Shown one piece after another: positions 1 to 35,818 of a DNA stretch of 64,000 bases. The stretch is from Chrysomallon squamiferum (Eukaryota; Animalia; Mollusca). A model generated the notes under the pieces. It was not told the origin of the DNA. It saw only the letters and a program-made list of their open reading frames with translations, and made no database searches. The position numbers were made by a program, and so were the translations under genes. How positions within the stretch are numbered: the first letter of the stretch is position 1; every line of letters starts with the position of its first letter. The stretch covers positions 31,186,001-31,250,000 of the forward strand of contig CM022679.1 of assembly GCA_012295275.1 (NCBI GenBank), written 5' to 3'.

Positions 1-11
1 AAAAAAAAAAA

Positions 12-281
12 AAAACGTTATCATATATAATAAAATATTGCACATTTCCAAGATTATTATAATTATTATTGTTGTTGTTGTTGTTGTTGTTGTTATTATT
101 ATTATTATTGTTGTTGTTATTATTATTATTTAGAAATAATCCATACTCACGGATCATAGTGTCTGTTTTTAAAAAAAAAAACGTGAACATATATAATAAA
201 AAATATATATATATATATATATTTTTTCTATTTTGCACATTTCCAAGATTATTACAATTATTGTTATTGTTGTTGTTGTTG

Positions 282-332
<51 letters not shown>

Positions 333-343
333 TGCTGTTGTTG

Positions 344-411
<68 letters not shown>

Positions 412-468
412 TAGAAATAATTCATACTCACTGGTAATTGCGACTGTTTTTAAAAAAACGTGAACATG
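12..468 (+). repeat. Local tandem duplication with embedded (TTG)n/(TTA)n microsatellites
   Basis: ttgcacatttccaagattatt, ttagaaataat(c/t)catactcac and ctgtttttaaaaaaa(a)cgtgaacat each occur twice in the same order. Confidence 0.8.
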
Positions 469-805
469 TGCATTAACAAACTGTTCTAGATTAGAAGTCT
501 TTTTACAGAGACAGACAGACAAAAAGAGTGAAATATAAATAAACAGACTAATAACATAAATCATTTTTTTATTATTTATTGCTAAAGTTTCACAAAACAA
601 CGTAATATTCTACATATTTTTGGGCAGGTTGCACAAAGCCAAAGTAAAAAATAATAATAATAAAAAAAAAAAAATGAATTTCATTTCTCATAATTTCGAG
701 TGAAATTATATAAACACTCTTAAGATGTAAAGAGCCATTTGTATTTCACTTCCTTTAATCTTTTGTAAATATGAAATTCATGGAACAGAAAAATCTGATT
801 TAGTT

Positions 806-807
<2 letters not shown>

Positions 808-862
<55 letters not shown>
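808..862. repeat. (CA)n microsatellite
   Basis: Directly visible. Confidence 0.95.
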
Positions 863-863
<1 letters not shown>

Positions 864-1760
864 CCACACATGTAAAACAAAAGAATTTGGATTTGTATTC
901 TTTCGTTTTTCTTCAGTTAGCGAGACGTAGATTAACTTAACATAAAACAGACAAACTAAAACTCTTTTAAATTCGACTCTGTCAATGTGCTGTACTATTC
1001 GATGTAATACTGAGAATACGTAATATTAAGAACCAGATAACGCTTACATTCGCCGTTTCCGTATGGAATGAAAAGTATTACCGAAATCCTCATTCGCTGA
1101 TCCCAAAATAAGCAGGACCAGAAGAATTTGCTGTTTCAAAACACACATTGCGAACAAGGTCATCTGAAACAAGCAGAATTTTATTAAAATAAGTTTAACG
1201 TTAGTCATTAACATGTTCAGTATTTGTTTTAAGCGACCTAGTATTACTAAAATTATAATATATGATACATCTTACATAGGATTACTATTCTAGTGGACTT
1301 TATCATTTAACCTAACTAGAATTTTTGGGGGGAGAATTGTTTTCTGATTTTGTCAATAATAAATTAAATGTTTGTTCAAATAAACTAACCAGCAGATAGA
1401 TATCCAACTGGAACACGTAGATTTTTATTAAAATAAATTTAAAATGAGTAAACATACGATTTCAGTGAACTTCTAAAATAATAGTTAAAGTTCATGAATT
1501 TCAATTACAGGGTCATAGTTTCCTATTCGGTCTGGCTTCTCTGCCAACTCGAAAGCTGCAAAATGTTCAACTTTTATAATACAAACTATTTTCTAGTCGT
1601 AAAAGGCGAATATAACCAAAACATATTAAAAAGAAGTTAAAATGATTTTAAATATAAATATAAAATTTATGTACTTGTCACCAATAATAATAATAATAAT
1701 AACAATAGCAGTAACAATAATAACAATAATATTAACAATAACAATAACAATAACAATAAC

Positions 1761-1816
<56 letters not shown>

Positions 1817-2766
1817 CTGTAATAATATCGACTGCAGCTCGAAGGGTTGATGACAAGCAAATGCTATAAAACACATTTTAATATTATGTAACACCGCAAT
1901 GATCCGAAAAATATATCAAAATATATATCAAAATTATTTTCAATAAAAATAATCATTAACGAAAAAAGAAAAAACAATAAAAAAAAGCCTCAAACATCCC
2001 ACCCATAAACAACAACAAATGACAACAACCTACGTACTATATATATATATACATAAATACATAGACACATACACAGAGATTACATAAACAGCAAAAACAC
2101 ATGGCAACAACAACATACACACATATATGTTTGTGTATGTCTGTATATGTGTGTGTGTGTTATAATTGTTTTTAAAAAAATAAAAATAAAAAAATAGAAA
2201 AAACTTCTTTTCTTTTTATTACTAACTGGGCAGGTCTGTGAATAGCCAGTAGTTGAACACGATCTGTACAAAAAGCCATGTCAGACTGCACACATGCTTT
2301 AAAGTTTGCTCAAATAACAAAATAATGGCTTGAAAGTGTAGTGAATTTTATATTCTGATTTCAAACCTATACGACAACATTTAACGTATGAAAATAAATC
2401 CGATTAATATAGATGCTTACCTAGACAGAGAGACAGATAAATAGACATACGTACAAACATACAGAGAGATAGACAGACAGAAAGACAGGTAGATAGACAG
2501 ACATACAGACAGACAGACAGATAGATAGATAGTTAGATAGATAGATAGATAGATAGAGATATATAGATAGATACAGATATGTGTGTGCGTGCATGTGGGT
2601 GTATTGTAAACCAGTTTTCTGATAATTATAAATTTTAGAATTTATTACAAATTTTTATACAGTTTTGTAATTATTACAAATTATGACTGCTTAAATATAA
2701 GATCGGAGTTGAATAAATTGTTCAGTTTTGTATCAGATTGTTTTACGTTCACAATGTTTTATTATA

Positions 2767-2889
<123 letters not shown>

Positions 2890-4432
2890 GTATTTCTTTA
2901 AAAAAAATTATACTGAAATCCAGCTCTATTTTCTGCTCCTATAGCCTTCGGTAATAGAGTAATTAATGCATTGCTCTTTTTGTATTGGGTAACTTCATTC
3001 TCGATCGCCGCGTGGTTTTAATTAAACTAATATCTTACGGCTTTGTGAACAGCGTGATGCATATTTTTTCTTGGAAATGCTGTACAGAACATCCATCGAC
3101 TTGACCATTTCGTGTAGAGAATGAGTAAATTACCTAGTGATCTCGTTAATGAATGGTTCAAAAACTAAACTGCTTTGAAAGTGTAAATGTAATCAGTTTG
3201 TGTATTAATATTGTGGTTAATACTAAACAAAAAAAAAAAAAAAAAAAAACATCAATTACAAAATCATGTTGTTATACTTTTCTTGTGTATTCGAATATTA
3301 AAAAACTTAAAATTCCATAACTGATATTATTGAATATCTTCACATGGTGGATATTTAAATATGTTTCACGCATTGAATTTGCTACCATTAATTTTGATCT
3401 CTATTTTAATTCTTAATTTTTTATTATTTTTTTATTTTTCTTTTATTTTTCTCTTCCTCTTAATATTGTTTTTCTGTTTTCATCAATTCCTCTCAATTTT
3501 CTCCTACATTTTCTCCTATAATTTCTCCTACATTTCCTCCTTCAGCTCCTTATTAATCAATTTCTTCATCTCACTCTTCTCCTTCACTTTCTTCTTACCC
3601 AGTCTAATCCTCATCGTTCTCCTAATCCTTTCTTTTCTTTCCTATTTCTCCAGACTCCTTCGCCTTCTGCTCCTCCTGGGTCATCATCTTCACCACCTCC
3701 TCGTATTTCTTGTTTTTTTAATCTTCTTCATCTCCCCTGACTCCTTTTCCGCCATTATCTTCTCTATCTCCTTTGCCTCATCCTCTTGCTCCTTATCTTT
3801 CTTCTTCATCATCATTTCTCCTTCCTCCTGCTCTTTTTTTTTTTTTTTTTATCTTCTCACTTTCTCCTTTTCTCTGTTTCTTGTTTTTGCTACTTCTTCG
3901 TTTTGCTACTTCTTTTTTTTCCTTTTCCTCCTCATTTTCTACTTCGTGTCCTTCCCCTCTCCTTCGTAGTTTATTTTTTTTTCTTGCTACTTCTTATCTC
4001 GTTACTTCGTCTGTATCCGCTCGCATTTCTGTTTTTATATGCAGCATCTACAAAAGTCTTGACGAATGGGACCTGTAATCAAGGAGACGACAGTTTAATC
4101 TCCAGAGATGTTCCCGGCTTTGTTTTTCACATGCAAGTCCAGAAGCTGCGGGAAAAGTGAGTGTGCGTTATGAATACAAAACAAATTTCTTGAGTAAGAT
4201 AGATCTAGAATATTATTACCTTTTTTTCAGAATTGTTTATTGATTATGTTTTTACTATGATGATGATGATGATGATGATGATCATGATGATGATTATTAT
4301 AACTATTGCTACTACATCAATAATAGTTCTTTTTGATATAATCGAAATAGTATAGTTTTAAAAATATTGGACTGAGATTGTGCTAATAGACATTTGCGCT
4401 GTATACCGAGACAGATGAAGACCGTGTAAAAT

Positions 4433-4516
4433 ATACATACATACATACATACATACATACATACATACATACATACATACATACATACATACATACATAC
4501 ATACATACATACATAC
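4433..4516. repeat. (TACA)n microsatellite
   Basis: Directly visible. Confidence 0.95.
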
Positions 4517-7500
4517 AAACATACATACAAATATACATACGGGCATATGCATTCATACACATACACTCGGTTACTTATTTATATTCACTCAAACAATACA
4601 TGTAATTAACTATTATTGGCAAGATCACTATTTTCTCTCCAGATATAACTAAAATCGTCATTCTTTTTCCAAATCGGATCTTGTTAAAACACCTATCACA
4701 ATATAACCTGCCGAAAGAGGTGAATAATGCGCTTTTCCGAAACGAGAAAACGGCAAACTGATGTCATTAACATCGTGTCTCCTATTGTCTTGTCCACATT
4801 AACGACACGTCGCTGTCGTTGGCGAATTTCTGACCTTGCACCGGTGTCACAGCCGCCTCCGGTTGCACGTGGTGGTCGTTGACGTGTTAATGAAGATTCC
4901 CAGGACATTCATTAATCACAGTACGTGATGTTTTTTTATTCACCAGATCCGCCTCGAAGAAAAATTATTTCTGTTTATAAATCCTGAGACCATTGTTTGG
5001 CTTAATACTCGCCGTTCTCTAACCTTGGGTCTAAAACACCACACAGCACTTATTTAGTGACGTATTGATTTCCGGTCAACAATTTTGTATAATGAATGAC
5101 ACGACAATTAACACGTTTTGTTAAACGAAAGCAGCGCCCGGTCTGCTGAACCCAAACACATTTGTGTTTATTTATCCGTTCACATCTATAAATGAAGGTT
5201 CTAAATTATCCGACTTCAGTCACAGCCCGATGGAATAACAAGAGTATCTTTTTCAAAATCTTAATTGGATACCCACGCTAAACTGTTTTAATTGTCCACG
5301 TTTTATTAATCTTATTTGCATTAATAACATAATGCCCTTTCTTTCTATTCCACGAATAAAATATCTGCAAAATCCGTATAAACACAATTACTTTTTCAGT
5401 GGCGAATCTAAAGAAATTCGACGGAACATGCACTATTAATATAGTTCATATTCATATATTATTACATAAAAAAAAAAAAAAAAATTAATTTCATCATAAC
5501 GAAAACAAACAGGTCTATTATTCGTAAATAAATAGAAACAGTTATCAAGAATATTTGTATTTTACCTTAACGCTGTTTCGGGAAGATGTTGTGAATATTT
5601 TGATGATATTAATATTTGACCAAAATCAGTTATCCGACATGTTTCTCGCAGTCGTTTTGTTTTGTTTTTTCGTTTTTCTATTTCAGGTGTTGACGGTCTA
5701 TCATGGCGAAAGGAACTCATAATTACCGAGTGTGCAAACACAATGCACTACATACATATTTATTACAATACATTACACGTTCTTTTATCGTTTATCTTTT
5801 AACATTTGATATAACTCCGCAGTTAAAGGTGTGTTCTTGCAATATGTATAGCTTGTCGCGCGGACAATAATTACGAATTAATTATCTTATATTAAATATA
5901 TATATATACATACACTTATTATTAGTAGTAGTAGTAGTACTAGTAGTATTAGAATTAATTATCTTATATTAAATATAAATATATACACACTTGTTAGTAG
6001 TAGTAGTAGTAATATTACTTGGTTCTCCTTTATAATGATACAAATGTGGAAAACTGGTTTTATAGTTTAATGGTTGCCAACAAAATTATTATAAAATACA
6101 TCATATTCCAGTGGCTCCCATCGTAATAGAATAGCTTCAGCTATAACAGTGAAGCCGCCATTCAAAGGAAAACTGCAGTATCTTGGTAGTAAAGACGGAG
6201 GATATGACACGATTGATCATTATTAACTTTCTTTATTAACTTTATATATGCAGTTATTAAGAATTGCTGTCTGCGGCTTGTGGCTATTTTCGATGTATTG
6301 GGTCACAGAAATCGGTTTCGGAAAAGATCGAACTCTGAAGTACTGAGATGAAAATAATATCGTTATAAAATATGTTATTTTAATCCGTATATTTGTATAG
6401 GTAGTTTTCAAATTCATGTAGTAAATTCTAAAAATAAGAATATGAAGCTAAACGACAAAGTGTGATATCATTTTAAATTGATATCTTAAAATAAAACTAA
6501 CCTGTTCGGATATCATGAATTGGCAGTATAATTTGAAATGTTTTGTTTATTGATACTGTTAGAGAAAAATAATTTCTGCTCAAAAGTGGATTAAATTTTC
6601 TCGATAAACTTCTTCACCGTAAATACACTTCTAAAAATGTAATTAAGTAATGAAAAAAATAGAAAAAGTATTAGTTGTAGCTTTGAGGTAGTAATAACAG
6701 TAATAGCAGCAGTAATAGAAATAGCAGCAGTAGTAGGAGTAATAGTAACAGTAACAGCAGTAATAGTTGTAATAACAGCAGTAGTATAGTAACAGCAGTA
6801 GTAGTAGTAGTAGAAGTAGTAGTCATAGAAGCAGTAGTAACAGTAGTAGTAATAGTAATAGTTGTAGTAGTAGTAGCAGCAGCAGCAGCTGTAGCAGTAG
6901 TGGTGTAGTAATAGTAATAGTAGTAAAGCAGTAGAAGAACAAAACAAGAAGAAGAAGTAGCAGAGACAATAAATGTCAAACCTGTTACTGTCATGTCTCC
7001 ATTGTTCCTTCTTCTTTTTCTTTTCATTTTTATTTTTGCTTACTTTTTTATTTTTTTAATTATTTGTTCACTCGTATCCTCATTCTGTAACATTTCCACT
7101 GTAAATGCGATTCCAACATTTAATCTGTTTGCTCCCAGAAAAGGATTGCGCTTATTTACAATATTTCATTATTCATCAAAAAAAAAAAAAAAAATTACTA
7201 TCGTAGTCGGAATTGGAAAAAAATTGCCTTGACATTTTCGGCTGAAAATAATAAATCTCCATTTTAAGGATTTTCGAGCTCTTTACTACCCACACAGATG
7301 TTCTAGTAATAAAATGGTATATTCCAAAACGAGGTCAGACAATTGGTTGTAAATGAAACTATCTGTAAAACAACTGGTTTGAAGAGATAAATGACATCTA
7401 ACCTATTGAGAATCTTTTGTTGTCACGATTTTAACTTCCCATAAAGACAGCTTTAGTGAGTAACCAAAAAAAAAAAAATAATAATAAATCTTGTTTTTGT

Positions 7501-9539
7501 CATTTTTGTAGTATTGTTTGCTTCTAACATGGTTCAAATTGTTTCATATGTTTTGACGATACTGACTTCATTAGTTGAACAAGTTAATCGGTTGTCATGT
7601 TTAAATTTGCGTTTTTCAGAGTTTCTTTGTGCATTGTCGACTATTAAAAACGTCTCTTTCAAAGCATTTGATTATTATAATTTCTTTAAAATATTTAAGC
7701 TTCATTTCGTTATTAAAATATTTATCCACCCCCACACACACAGAGGGGGTTTTTTTTCAAAATATTTAACGATCATTAAATTTGCTTCTTGTTTTGTTCC
7801 TTAATAAGTCTTTAGCCATGAAATTGTTTCGTTGAAAAGAGGAAAAAGAAAGAGATAATCCAGCTATTGTGGAAATCGACTGAGTTTCGTGAAGCGATAT
7901 TTAAAAGCGATAAAACTCAGACATCAGTCTGGGAATCTGATTTCGCTGTAATAAACAGAGATATCCAACAAGGCATGAGGACAAAATGTCGCTGTTTAGG
8001 TCAGAGCACTGTTCTACAAAACGAAAAAAATCAGTCATTCAAAAGTGCTTGCTTGTATCGGTAATTCTAACCTATTAGGGAACAAGGTGAAGGAGTCAGA
8101 GTTGTCTGCCCGTGTTATAGTTAAAAACAAATATTAAAAATATTTTAAAAAAAACAATTAGAAAACTGTTTAATGATATTTGTTGTGATCAATAAATAAT
8201 ACGTGACGTGTTTAGGTTCGGTTACGTTCAGGTTAACGTATAATCTACTACGCCAAATTTATATTTCGATTGTGGATAAATATAAAGTTTCCATTGCTCG
8301 TCATTGCAATCTTTGACTAGATGCCAAGTTAACAAAACTTTGAACTTTCACCGTTACACAGACTGCGTCTTTATTACCTGTCTGTCTTTACTGCTCGAGA
8401 GTTAAAACATAATCTGATTTCATATTCTGATTCAACGTTTAATACAAGTTATGGCGTATTTAACAGTTTCGAAAGAACAATTCGGTTGTTGTTATAAAAC
8501 AAAACGCCTATAAACATGGGTATACGATCATAGAAGACATTAAACCTTGTCAACTTCGAGTTTTAAAGCAGATAGCTCAGTGCCGCTTATGAAATTATGA
8601 AGAATTAAAACTGCACAGATGAAGAATTAACATGATTTCCATTTCAGATTAATAATTTAATATAAAACAGTGATTTTATTAATACTTTTCAGAATAACAA
8701 AACGTGAAATTAAAACAACAGCGAAAATCCAATGCACGAGACGAAATCGATAGAATCTGCTGCCTTCTGCATAATTCTATAAGAAGAACAGAAATTTAAT
8801 TTAATTTCTTTTAAATACCCCTAAAAAAAAAACCACATGATCTTGCTGCGTACGACAACTGGTCTTTTTGAATTCGAGGAGGTTACGTAACTGTAGATTT
8901 ATTATCGCTTAACGAAGAGTTTAGCCAATCTGAACCGAGCATTTTCCCCCGAGTCGTCACAGAATATGTATTTAATTAGCGCCTGCAACGGAAGTTTCTC
9001 TTAAGAACTGTAAACTGATGCTGCGCTTTCGCTAGTCATTGCCACAGATATCGTTTGCTGACGCAAATGAAATACAAACTTGATATTAACAGTCAAAAAT
9101 GTCAATTTATTCTTCTTTCTTTCATCTTTCATTTATATATATTTTTTTGGAAAAATAAATAATATTTTACATCACAAAAAACAAAACAATAATTTTAAAT
9201 ATGGATTAGCATGTTCAGAATTATATTTCTGTTTCTATCTTTTCTGTTCGTAAACGAAATGCTACGCATCAACATGGCGTTTTGCAGTCGAAGGTTCTGT
9301 CTGTATACCAGTCGAACCAACATTTGTCAAGGCTTGTTTTAGGTTTGATGCTGAACCTTTAGATCCATCAGTTTTCAGCCACCTGATAAAAAAAACAATA
9401 TTAATTTCCGCATTATGAATATCCACTGAAGACAAGAAATCCCTCTTTTGACAATGGCTTCACAAAGAATGACAGCAGTTTACATTGTGACCTGTATTCT
9501 GATATATAATGCACATGATTCAACGCTTAACTTTAATCA

Positions 9540-9653
9540 TATATATATATATGTATGTATGTAAGTATGTTTGTATGTATGTATGTATGTATGTATGTAT
9601 GTATATATGTATGTATATAAGTATGTTTGTATGTATGTATGTATGTATGTATG

Positions 9654-9687
<34 letters not shown>

Positions 9688-9718
9688 TGTATGTGTGTGT
9701 GTGTGTGTATATGTGTGT
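9540..9718. repeat. Compound (TATG)n/(TG)n microsatellite
   Basis: Directly visible. Confidence 0.9.
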
Positions 9719-11974
9719 CAATATGGATAATCTTCTTCCTCTTCTTTTATTTATTTTTTTTGATTATATTTTTTGATTATAATTATTTTAATCTTCTTCA
9801 ACAAAATGAAAGGATTAGAATACATAAAAGAGAGAGAGAGAGTCATCTATAATTAATATGAGAACCAGTTTATTCTGAACATGCAATCAGACAGAGAATT
9901 ATTTTTTAAAAGAAAAGGAAATGAAAGATAAGAAGAAAAAATGGCAGACAATGCATTAAAGAGAGAGTGTAATTTTATTTAATTCTATCTATAACTATCT
10001 ATTTATATATAGATAGATAGGTAGGTAGATAGACAGATAGATAGATAAATAGATAGATAGATAGACATATAGATAGATAGATAGATAGATAGATTTTCGT
10101 TTGTATGTTTATGGGTGACTTGTTAAAAACATTTTCGATGCGAATTGCTTCATCAAGGCAAACTCTAATTAGTTAATTAGGTTCAAGTCAAAACGGGTCA
10201 ATGACATCTCAGCAAACCTAACAATTGCACAAACTACAGCCAACAAAAGTCTGTCTGTCCCAGAGATTTCTATTTCTAGCAAAGATTACTTCAAAGGAGC
10301 AATGTCAAAGAAGACTTATTATAGCAGCTTTTAAGATTTAAATAAAAACAGATTAGGTTAGAGTTTGCTGATGTTTAATGTCTGCCTAGCAAATCGAAAA
10401 CAAAAATTAACCTTTAACCAAAACAAAAAGGATATATAATTGCTATTTTAACCAGAGATATTGACGTACTTTTAAAATATACCTTTAAATTTGGAACTGA
10501 ATGATTAAATTTTAATTTTTTTTTTTTTTTTTTTTTTTTGGTATAATTGTTTGGAGTTTTTTGTGTTGTTTTTTTTATTTATTTATTTTTAATTTTTTAT
10601 TATTTTTAATATATTTTTTTTTTTAATTTTGGGAAAGAACGATACTGATTAAGCAGTAACATTTCAAATGAACAAAAAAAAATGCTACGTCACAATTTCT
10701 AAAAAAATATATATTTTAGTGTATACTTACCAGATAAATAAAACCAGGGAAATTGACAGCATAGCTTATTATTTTTGATGTGTATATTATTATTAAGTTA
10801 TATTTTACACAGTGAAATATTTTTTTCTCAATTTAAAAATCACTTAGGTGATTCACAGACAAACGTAGTGGAATAACAGAATTTAAAATTCACAAAAATG
10901 GGGAGAAAATTATTGGTATACTGTATAAAATCAATAAGCTGTCATTTGAAATTATGTATTTTCTTTTCTTCCTTTTTTTTTTCTCTCTTTAAGAAAGAAA
11001 AAAAAAAATAAAGGAAAAGAAATGATAAAATAATATAATATAAAACAAAATATAAAAGTAGATAGGTTGACAAGCATACCTAGTTTCCATCTCTCGTTGA
11101 ACTTTTTTTTTTATAGCTATTTTAGATTTCGAAAACTTAAATGGCCTCATGAACTTCCTTTCAATATTAATTATTCTGAACAAATTACCCGAGCAAATTA
11201 TTTAGCAATTAACAAACTAACTACATTTTTCTTTTCTGTTCTTTTCTTTTCTTTTCGTTTTTTTTTTTTTTGTTTTTTTTAAAATCAAAGAATTCTTTGT
11301 TCGCCATTTTAATTAAACTTTGTGTTTCATACAAAATCGACAAACAGACTTCAACGTCAAACAAAACGAAATTGAAACTGTGCTCACTCTGACCTCGGGG
11401 TCAAATTACGCGAATAAATCACGTGGATCGGATAACTGTGACTAAAGCCAGCCGGTGGCAGGTCATTAACGTTGTCTATTGGTCTAGCAGCCGTGATTCC
11501 GTGGCAAACGACCTCCGCCGTGATCCTCATTCTAATTTCGCGAGCACGTTTAACAGCAAATAGCTGTGTTTTTCACACACACACAGTTTCAAACAAACCC
11601 TGTGTAGGAGGAAGATGAATCTGTTCATTCCGTTGTGTTTGCTTCTTGTTCGTTCTTGTCAGTCGTGTTGTTGTCGTAGTTTTAATGTGTGTTTGTCGTT
11701 GTTGTTGTTTGTTTTCTTTTCTTTTGTTGGGTTATTATTGTTGATGGGGGGGTTTGTTGTGTTTTTTGCGGGGGAGTGTTGTTGTATTCCTTTTATCTTT
11801 TACCACCTGTTGTTGTTGTTATTTTATTATTATTATTATTATTATTATTATAACAATAGTAGTATCAGTAGAAATTGAAGAGTAATAGTTCTAAAAGCAG
11901 TGTTAGTAGTAGTAGCTGTAGTAGTTGAAGTAGTGTAGCTGTAACGGTAGTAGTGGCAACAACATCACTATAAT

Positions 11975-12016
<42 letters not shown>

Positions 12017-12460
12017 TACAGTAGCAGCACAGTAGCAGCAGTAGCAACAGTAATAGCAGTAATAGCAGTACAGGCAATAGTTACTGGAGATTGTAACATA
12101 ATATTTGGATTTTATAATATATTTAATCATGACGTCGTACAAGAAATATGCTGATCAAGTAAAAATCACTAATGAACAGTTTCTAGACAGTTAAGGAGAT
12201 GTGGCAAATTTATTTTAAACTGCCACGCCCTCCATTTATCAGCTGTACTAAAATGGGGCGGGTTGTGTGTAGGTGTGGGGTTAGAGAGAGAGATAGACAA
12301 ACATACACATACCCACACATACTGAGAGAGAGAGAAGATGTTATTTCGCAATAATCTATTACCCAACAGTCTAACAGTTTTCAAAATGTCTTAATCTACT
12401 GATTACCTCGTCAAATGTTTTATTATTATTATTATCATTATTATTATTATTATTATTAAA

Positions 12461-12493
<33 letters not shown>

Positions 12494-12662
12494 CATTATA
12501 CATTTTTCTTGTCTTCAGAAATACAAGTCTTCGGTTTGTGTTAAACTGAAGACCTTTAGCTGTTAGAATCTATTTTGTCATCCAGTGTTTACGTGAAAAA
12601 CACCCACAAAAATAATCAGAACATGAGTTTGCACCGAGTACCTCTTTCTTTTTTTTTTTTTT

Positions 12663-12706
<44 letters not shown>

Positions 12707-14642
12707 ACTTCTAGAAACTCGATCAGTTAGTTGCCATTATGTAAAATGCTCAAAATAACACGGAGGTGTTTCCTAAATACTAATTACATAGAAATTACAT
12801 GAACTAAATTACACCACGTTACGAATTCTTCGATATTAAGACTGAATGAATGAATACGTTTCTAACAGATCATGTTAATTGTCAGTGTCAAACTGCGGTA
12901 TTTCTGGAACTATACTCCAATAAGTTGACATGCACTTTGTCACAGAGGGAAAAGTACATACAACAACTGTTATTAAGCCATTCAAGGAACGGGAAATAAT
13001 ACACTGAAATAATAGAAAAAAAAGAAAAAAAAAATTATAATGATGATGATAAAAAATCACAAAACGTTCTTATTTTCTATAACTGCGCGATGCTATAACA
13101 AGTTATAATTTATTTATTACTGTAAACTATTTCTCAGCACTTCGCGATAAACCGTCATGCAGATCTGATGACCCCAAACAAGAAATAAGAATTTTTACAC
13201 CACTGAGTTGTAACAGTAATTCTATATAAAACAAAAATTCACGGCCGTTTTGTTGCCGGCTAACAGTATTGACTACAATTACAAGGTGCTTTATAACCAT
13301 ATAATACCATTTCGCAAAGACAGGAAAATGTATCATAACGTTTATAAATCACTGGCGAAACACTGGTTACTGCAGTGGGCAGCGAGGAAGAAAGATCATG
13401 TACATAAAGCTCCTCTGGTCTGCGCTCTCACTGTTTACTGTCTGGTCATGTTCGTAAACGCGTTGATTCCTACATGAAGAGAGAGGCTGCTTCCAGTTTG
13501 TCGTTGTAAAGGTTTTCATTCTCACTCTGTTGTTTCAGCGATCCGTGTCAAATATCGATGAAGATTTTGCAAAAATAGACCGAATTCGAAGATCAGGGGG
13601 AAAAAAGAAAAAAAAAAGGAAAAGAAGAGAAAATCAACTTGTTTAGAACGTAATCTGATTCCCAGAAAATAACAAAGTTGAGGTATTTCGTTTTATAACA
13701 TTTGTGAATCTCCAAAAGTTCGATTTTTATTTTTTATTTTTTTTTTTTTTTTTTTTTTTTTTTTATTTTTAAATTTGTTTTCTATTATTAAAATAGTAAA
13801 TAGAATATATATATCTTCATAAATTTACCAAGTTTTATTGTCGCGAATAAGCTTCCTAATTGTTTTTAAATCTGAAAACAGATTGCGGAGTTTGGTTGCA
13901 GTGGATTCGCGGTGTTAATTTGTGGTCAGTGCGGACGAGCGTTCAGTTCTCGGCTGAATAACGATTCTAATACGAATCCATTAAAAGGATCACTTGCTCT
14001 GTCGTTCGTGCATCAGACTGCTCGCGAAATCTGCGGCACTACGGTAACTCATAAATCTGGAACCACTGGCAATTTGTAACGTGACAAATAACGGAAACAT
14101 AAAATTTCGACATTTGTTTCTCTATTTAAAGATCCTAAACATCACTATTACGTCGGAACAGAAGCAAAACAGGATATCAGATCGTTGTTATTTTTAAACA
14201 ACCAAGTTAAACAGTGTCGCACCAGCAATTACGAAACGTAAACATATCAAACGATCGGCAACGGGAGATGTCTTGTACTGTAAATTATAATTACGGTATG
14301 AAATTGTGCAAGAATCGAAAAACAAACTTATAAGACGAATTATCGATTTCTCTTGTAACTTTTGTCATCAGAGTCACGCACATAAGTGTGGCATGGGACC
14401 AGTGTGTACACTGTCGTAACTGATTATGTGACGTCGTTTAGCACGACCCTTGTCTCCGTTGACGTGCGGCAGTAACTTCCTCCTTGCTGGCGCACCCAGG
14501 TAATTTCAACAAAAGACTATAAGCGAGACAAAACTTCTCTTTTTTTTGCGCATCAAAATATTTACTTACGGTTAAAGAGAGTAATCAAAAATCGTCTGGA
14601 ATACAAAATAAACTTTCAGGAAGAACTTTAAGACTCTTCACG

Positions 14643-34835
<20,193 letters not shown>

Positions 34836-35695
34836 CATGACGGTCACGTGACCGTAATTTTCAAGAACGATAATCAAGGAAAGGCTCTCCAACTCTAATG
34901 TGAAAACAACACTTAGACCCAGTGGTGTAACAGAAGCTGGAGGTTTTGACTTTGACAAGTGTGCTAAAAATGACCCTGAACTATTTGTCAAAGCTGACGG
35001 TTTCAACAACGAATAGCGCACATGAAAAGTTATCTGATAGAAGCACGCAAAAACTGGCTCATATCCACATCAAAGCTGACAGAGAAGACAATCACAACTG
35101 TTGTTATAAAAAAAAAAAAAAATCAGTACCAATTTAAATCCTTACAATTCTGAACCTTTTAATTAATGAGTTTTAAACCCTCTTTTGTTGTAAAACGTAA
35201 TCAATCTTTTTCGTGATATTTTTTTATTATTATTATTATCTATGTGCAATATTCCCTGTTTCTAACTTTTGATTTAGGAGAGACTGCTTTTATGTTTTTG
35301 CGAATCTCCAAAGAATTCTTTTTACAAATCAACAAGATCAGTCTATTAAATGGCCGAGGTAGGTTTCCTCTCCCCGTTCATCAAAAGCTGTATCTTTGAC
35401 ATCCGTTACAGTTAATATTAAAAAGGGATGAAGTGTCAGCTGATTTTATTAACATTTTTAGCATAGAGGGTTGAGATTTTATTTTCCCATTTTTTCGAAG
35501 ATGTAAAATCGAATGATAAAATTAACCTAATGATGAGGTTAAACGAAATACAAATTTTTAAAACATATACATGTATCTATAATGCATCGCATACAAAAAT
35601 TGTCGTGTTTGGAACTGATGGAGTTTTTCTTTTTATTTATTTATTTAGTATTATTTATTTTATTTTTTTAAACTTTTAATAATTGTCTTCCTGTT

Positions 35696-35742
<47 letters not shown>

Positions 35743-35752
35743 TTACTATTAC

Positions 35753-35818
<66 letters not shown>

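Noticed and set aside
3361-4160. 202 aa hydrophobic ORF and overlapping ORFs
   Set aside because: Translation of a pyrimidine-rich low-complexity tract (F/L/S bias) with no recognisable domain.
4080-5760. Possible upstream non-coding exons (donor-like aaaa|gtgagt near 4157, acceptor-like tttcag near 5686)
   Set aside because: Splice-like motifs alone are common; no coding or other support without transcript data.
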